The notes below the pieces were generated by a model. It was not told the origin of the DNA. It did not search any database and saw only the letters and a program-made list of their open reading frames with translations. DNA of 63,168 nt, filler included, from Octopus bimaculoides (lineage: Eukaryota), in assembly GCF_001194135.2 (NCBI RefSeq). It is 8 parts of 7 records of this genome, joined end to end, with 100 filler letters (N's around TTAATTAATTAA, not from the genome) between each part and the next. Parts side by side here need not be neighbours in the genome. Positions count along the whole stretch, not along the records: positions 60,800 to 63,168 come from NC_069004.1; 7 more parts are not named here. One strand, written 5' to 3'. Shown here piece after piece: positions 62,129 to 63,168 of the stretch. The position numbers were made by a program, and so were the translations under genes. The stretch's first letter is position 1. Every line of letters starts with the position of its first letter.

Positions 62129-63002
62129 ATGCAGATAGATACGAGAAAACATCTATCCAAATACATACATTCACTCACCTACTCATCTACTCACCCAGAG
62201 CCTCAAATATACGCACAGAGGCAAATATTAGGATTATATTCAAAATACGAAATTTCATTGTTAACAAAGAGCACATGTGAAAAACATCATTTCTTTGTCA
62301 TATGCGGACACATACTCCCCATAACGTAATTCCATGAAGAAACGTTCAAACGCTGCACACACAGTATTGTGTAGGTACACTCATCTGCATAAACCAAATC
62401 TATTTCTTTTCATATCCATTCGTTATATATATATATATATATATATATATNNNNNNNNNNAGAGAGAGAGAGAGAGAAGGAGTGAGAATTACAGAAAGAC
62501 ATATATAAATGCATAGATATATATTATTAATACATACTTATACAGATGTAATTATATACATATACACACATAAATATATATATGCGTGTGTATGTCTATG
62601 TGTACATGTATAAAATGGTGGTCTAGTCAAACTCTGGCACACATATTTCAGCATGCGCATGCGCAGACATAACACTGGTATGTACGACACTTTCGTATGG
62701 AAATACAAACGACTAACTGCGCACAACATTTAGACATACAAACACATCCATATTTGCGTGTATGTATACCTATATGATTATATACAAGTATATACGTATC
62801 CTTATAGGTATGTATACATATACGGATGCGTACATTCGTTTCTTTTGTGTAGAAAATAATTTCAATATATGAACAATTTCCATGTAGACATACATACAGA
62901 AAACACACATTTATACATAATATTAATAATACAAACATTTACCCACATACACAAACACATATGTGCATACTTATAGTGTATACTTGAGTCTCTGGATTTA
63001 CT

Positions 63003-63083
<81 letters not shown>

Positions 63084-63168
63084 GTATGTATATAGTGGGG
63101 CAAGTTATGTGCGTTTGCATCTTTTGAAAGTTTAGTACATATGTATGCATACATCTAGGTATGTATTG

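Overview
AT-rich, repeat-dominated eukaryotic DNA with many assembly gaps. The SINE families, trinucleotide microsatellites and the gene content point to an octopus genome (inference from recognised repeats, no search run). Two host genes are supported. (1) A + strand secreted ZP-domain gene resembling mollusc vitelline-envelope ZP proteins, with two visible coding exons (8436-8652, 9244-9704). (2) A minus-strand RDH11-14-like short-chain dehydrogenase whose visible CDS lies in one exon (19517-20410), with a probable 5'UTR exon near 24.7 kb. The rest is mobile DNA: tRNA-derived SINEs, R4/Dong, Tx1/L1, CR1-group, RTE and Penelope retroelements, a Gypsy LTR+gag, mariner, hAT, Tigger/pogo and Helitron remnants, and palindromic Merlin-like MITEs carrying TTAGGG repeats. 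Most notable observations: a Gypsy primer-binding site complementary to the 5' 12 nt of tRNA-Phe rather than a tRNA 3' end; an ORF1-only Tx1-like element with a 13-bp TSD inside a SINE tRNA-like head; an inverted pair of minimal hammerhead ribozyme motifs; triplicated splice acceptors in the ZP gene; and a 176-bp fold-back inside an R4 element. TTAATTAATTAA linkers and 10-N gaps with duplicated flanks are assembly artefacts, so contiguity across them is not assured.
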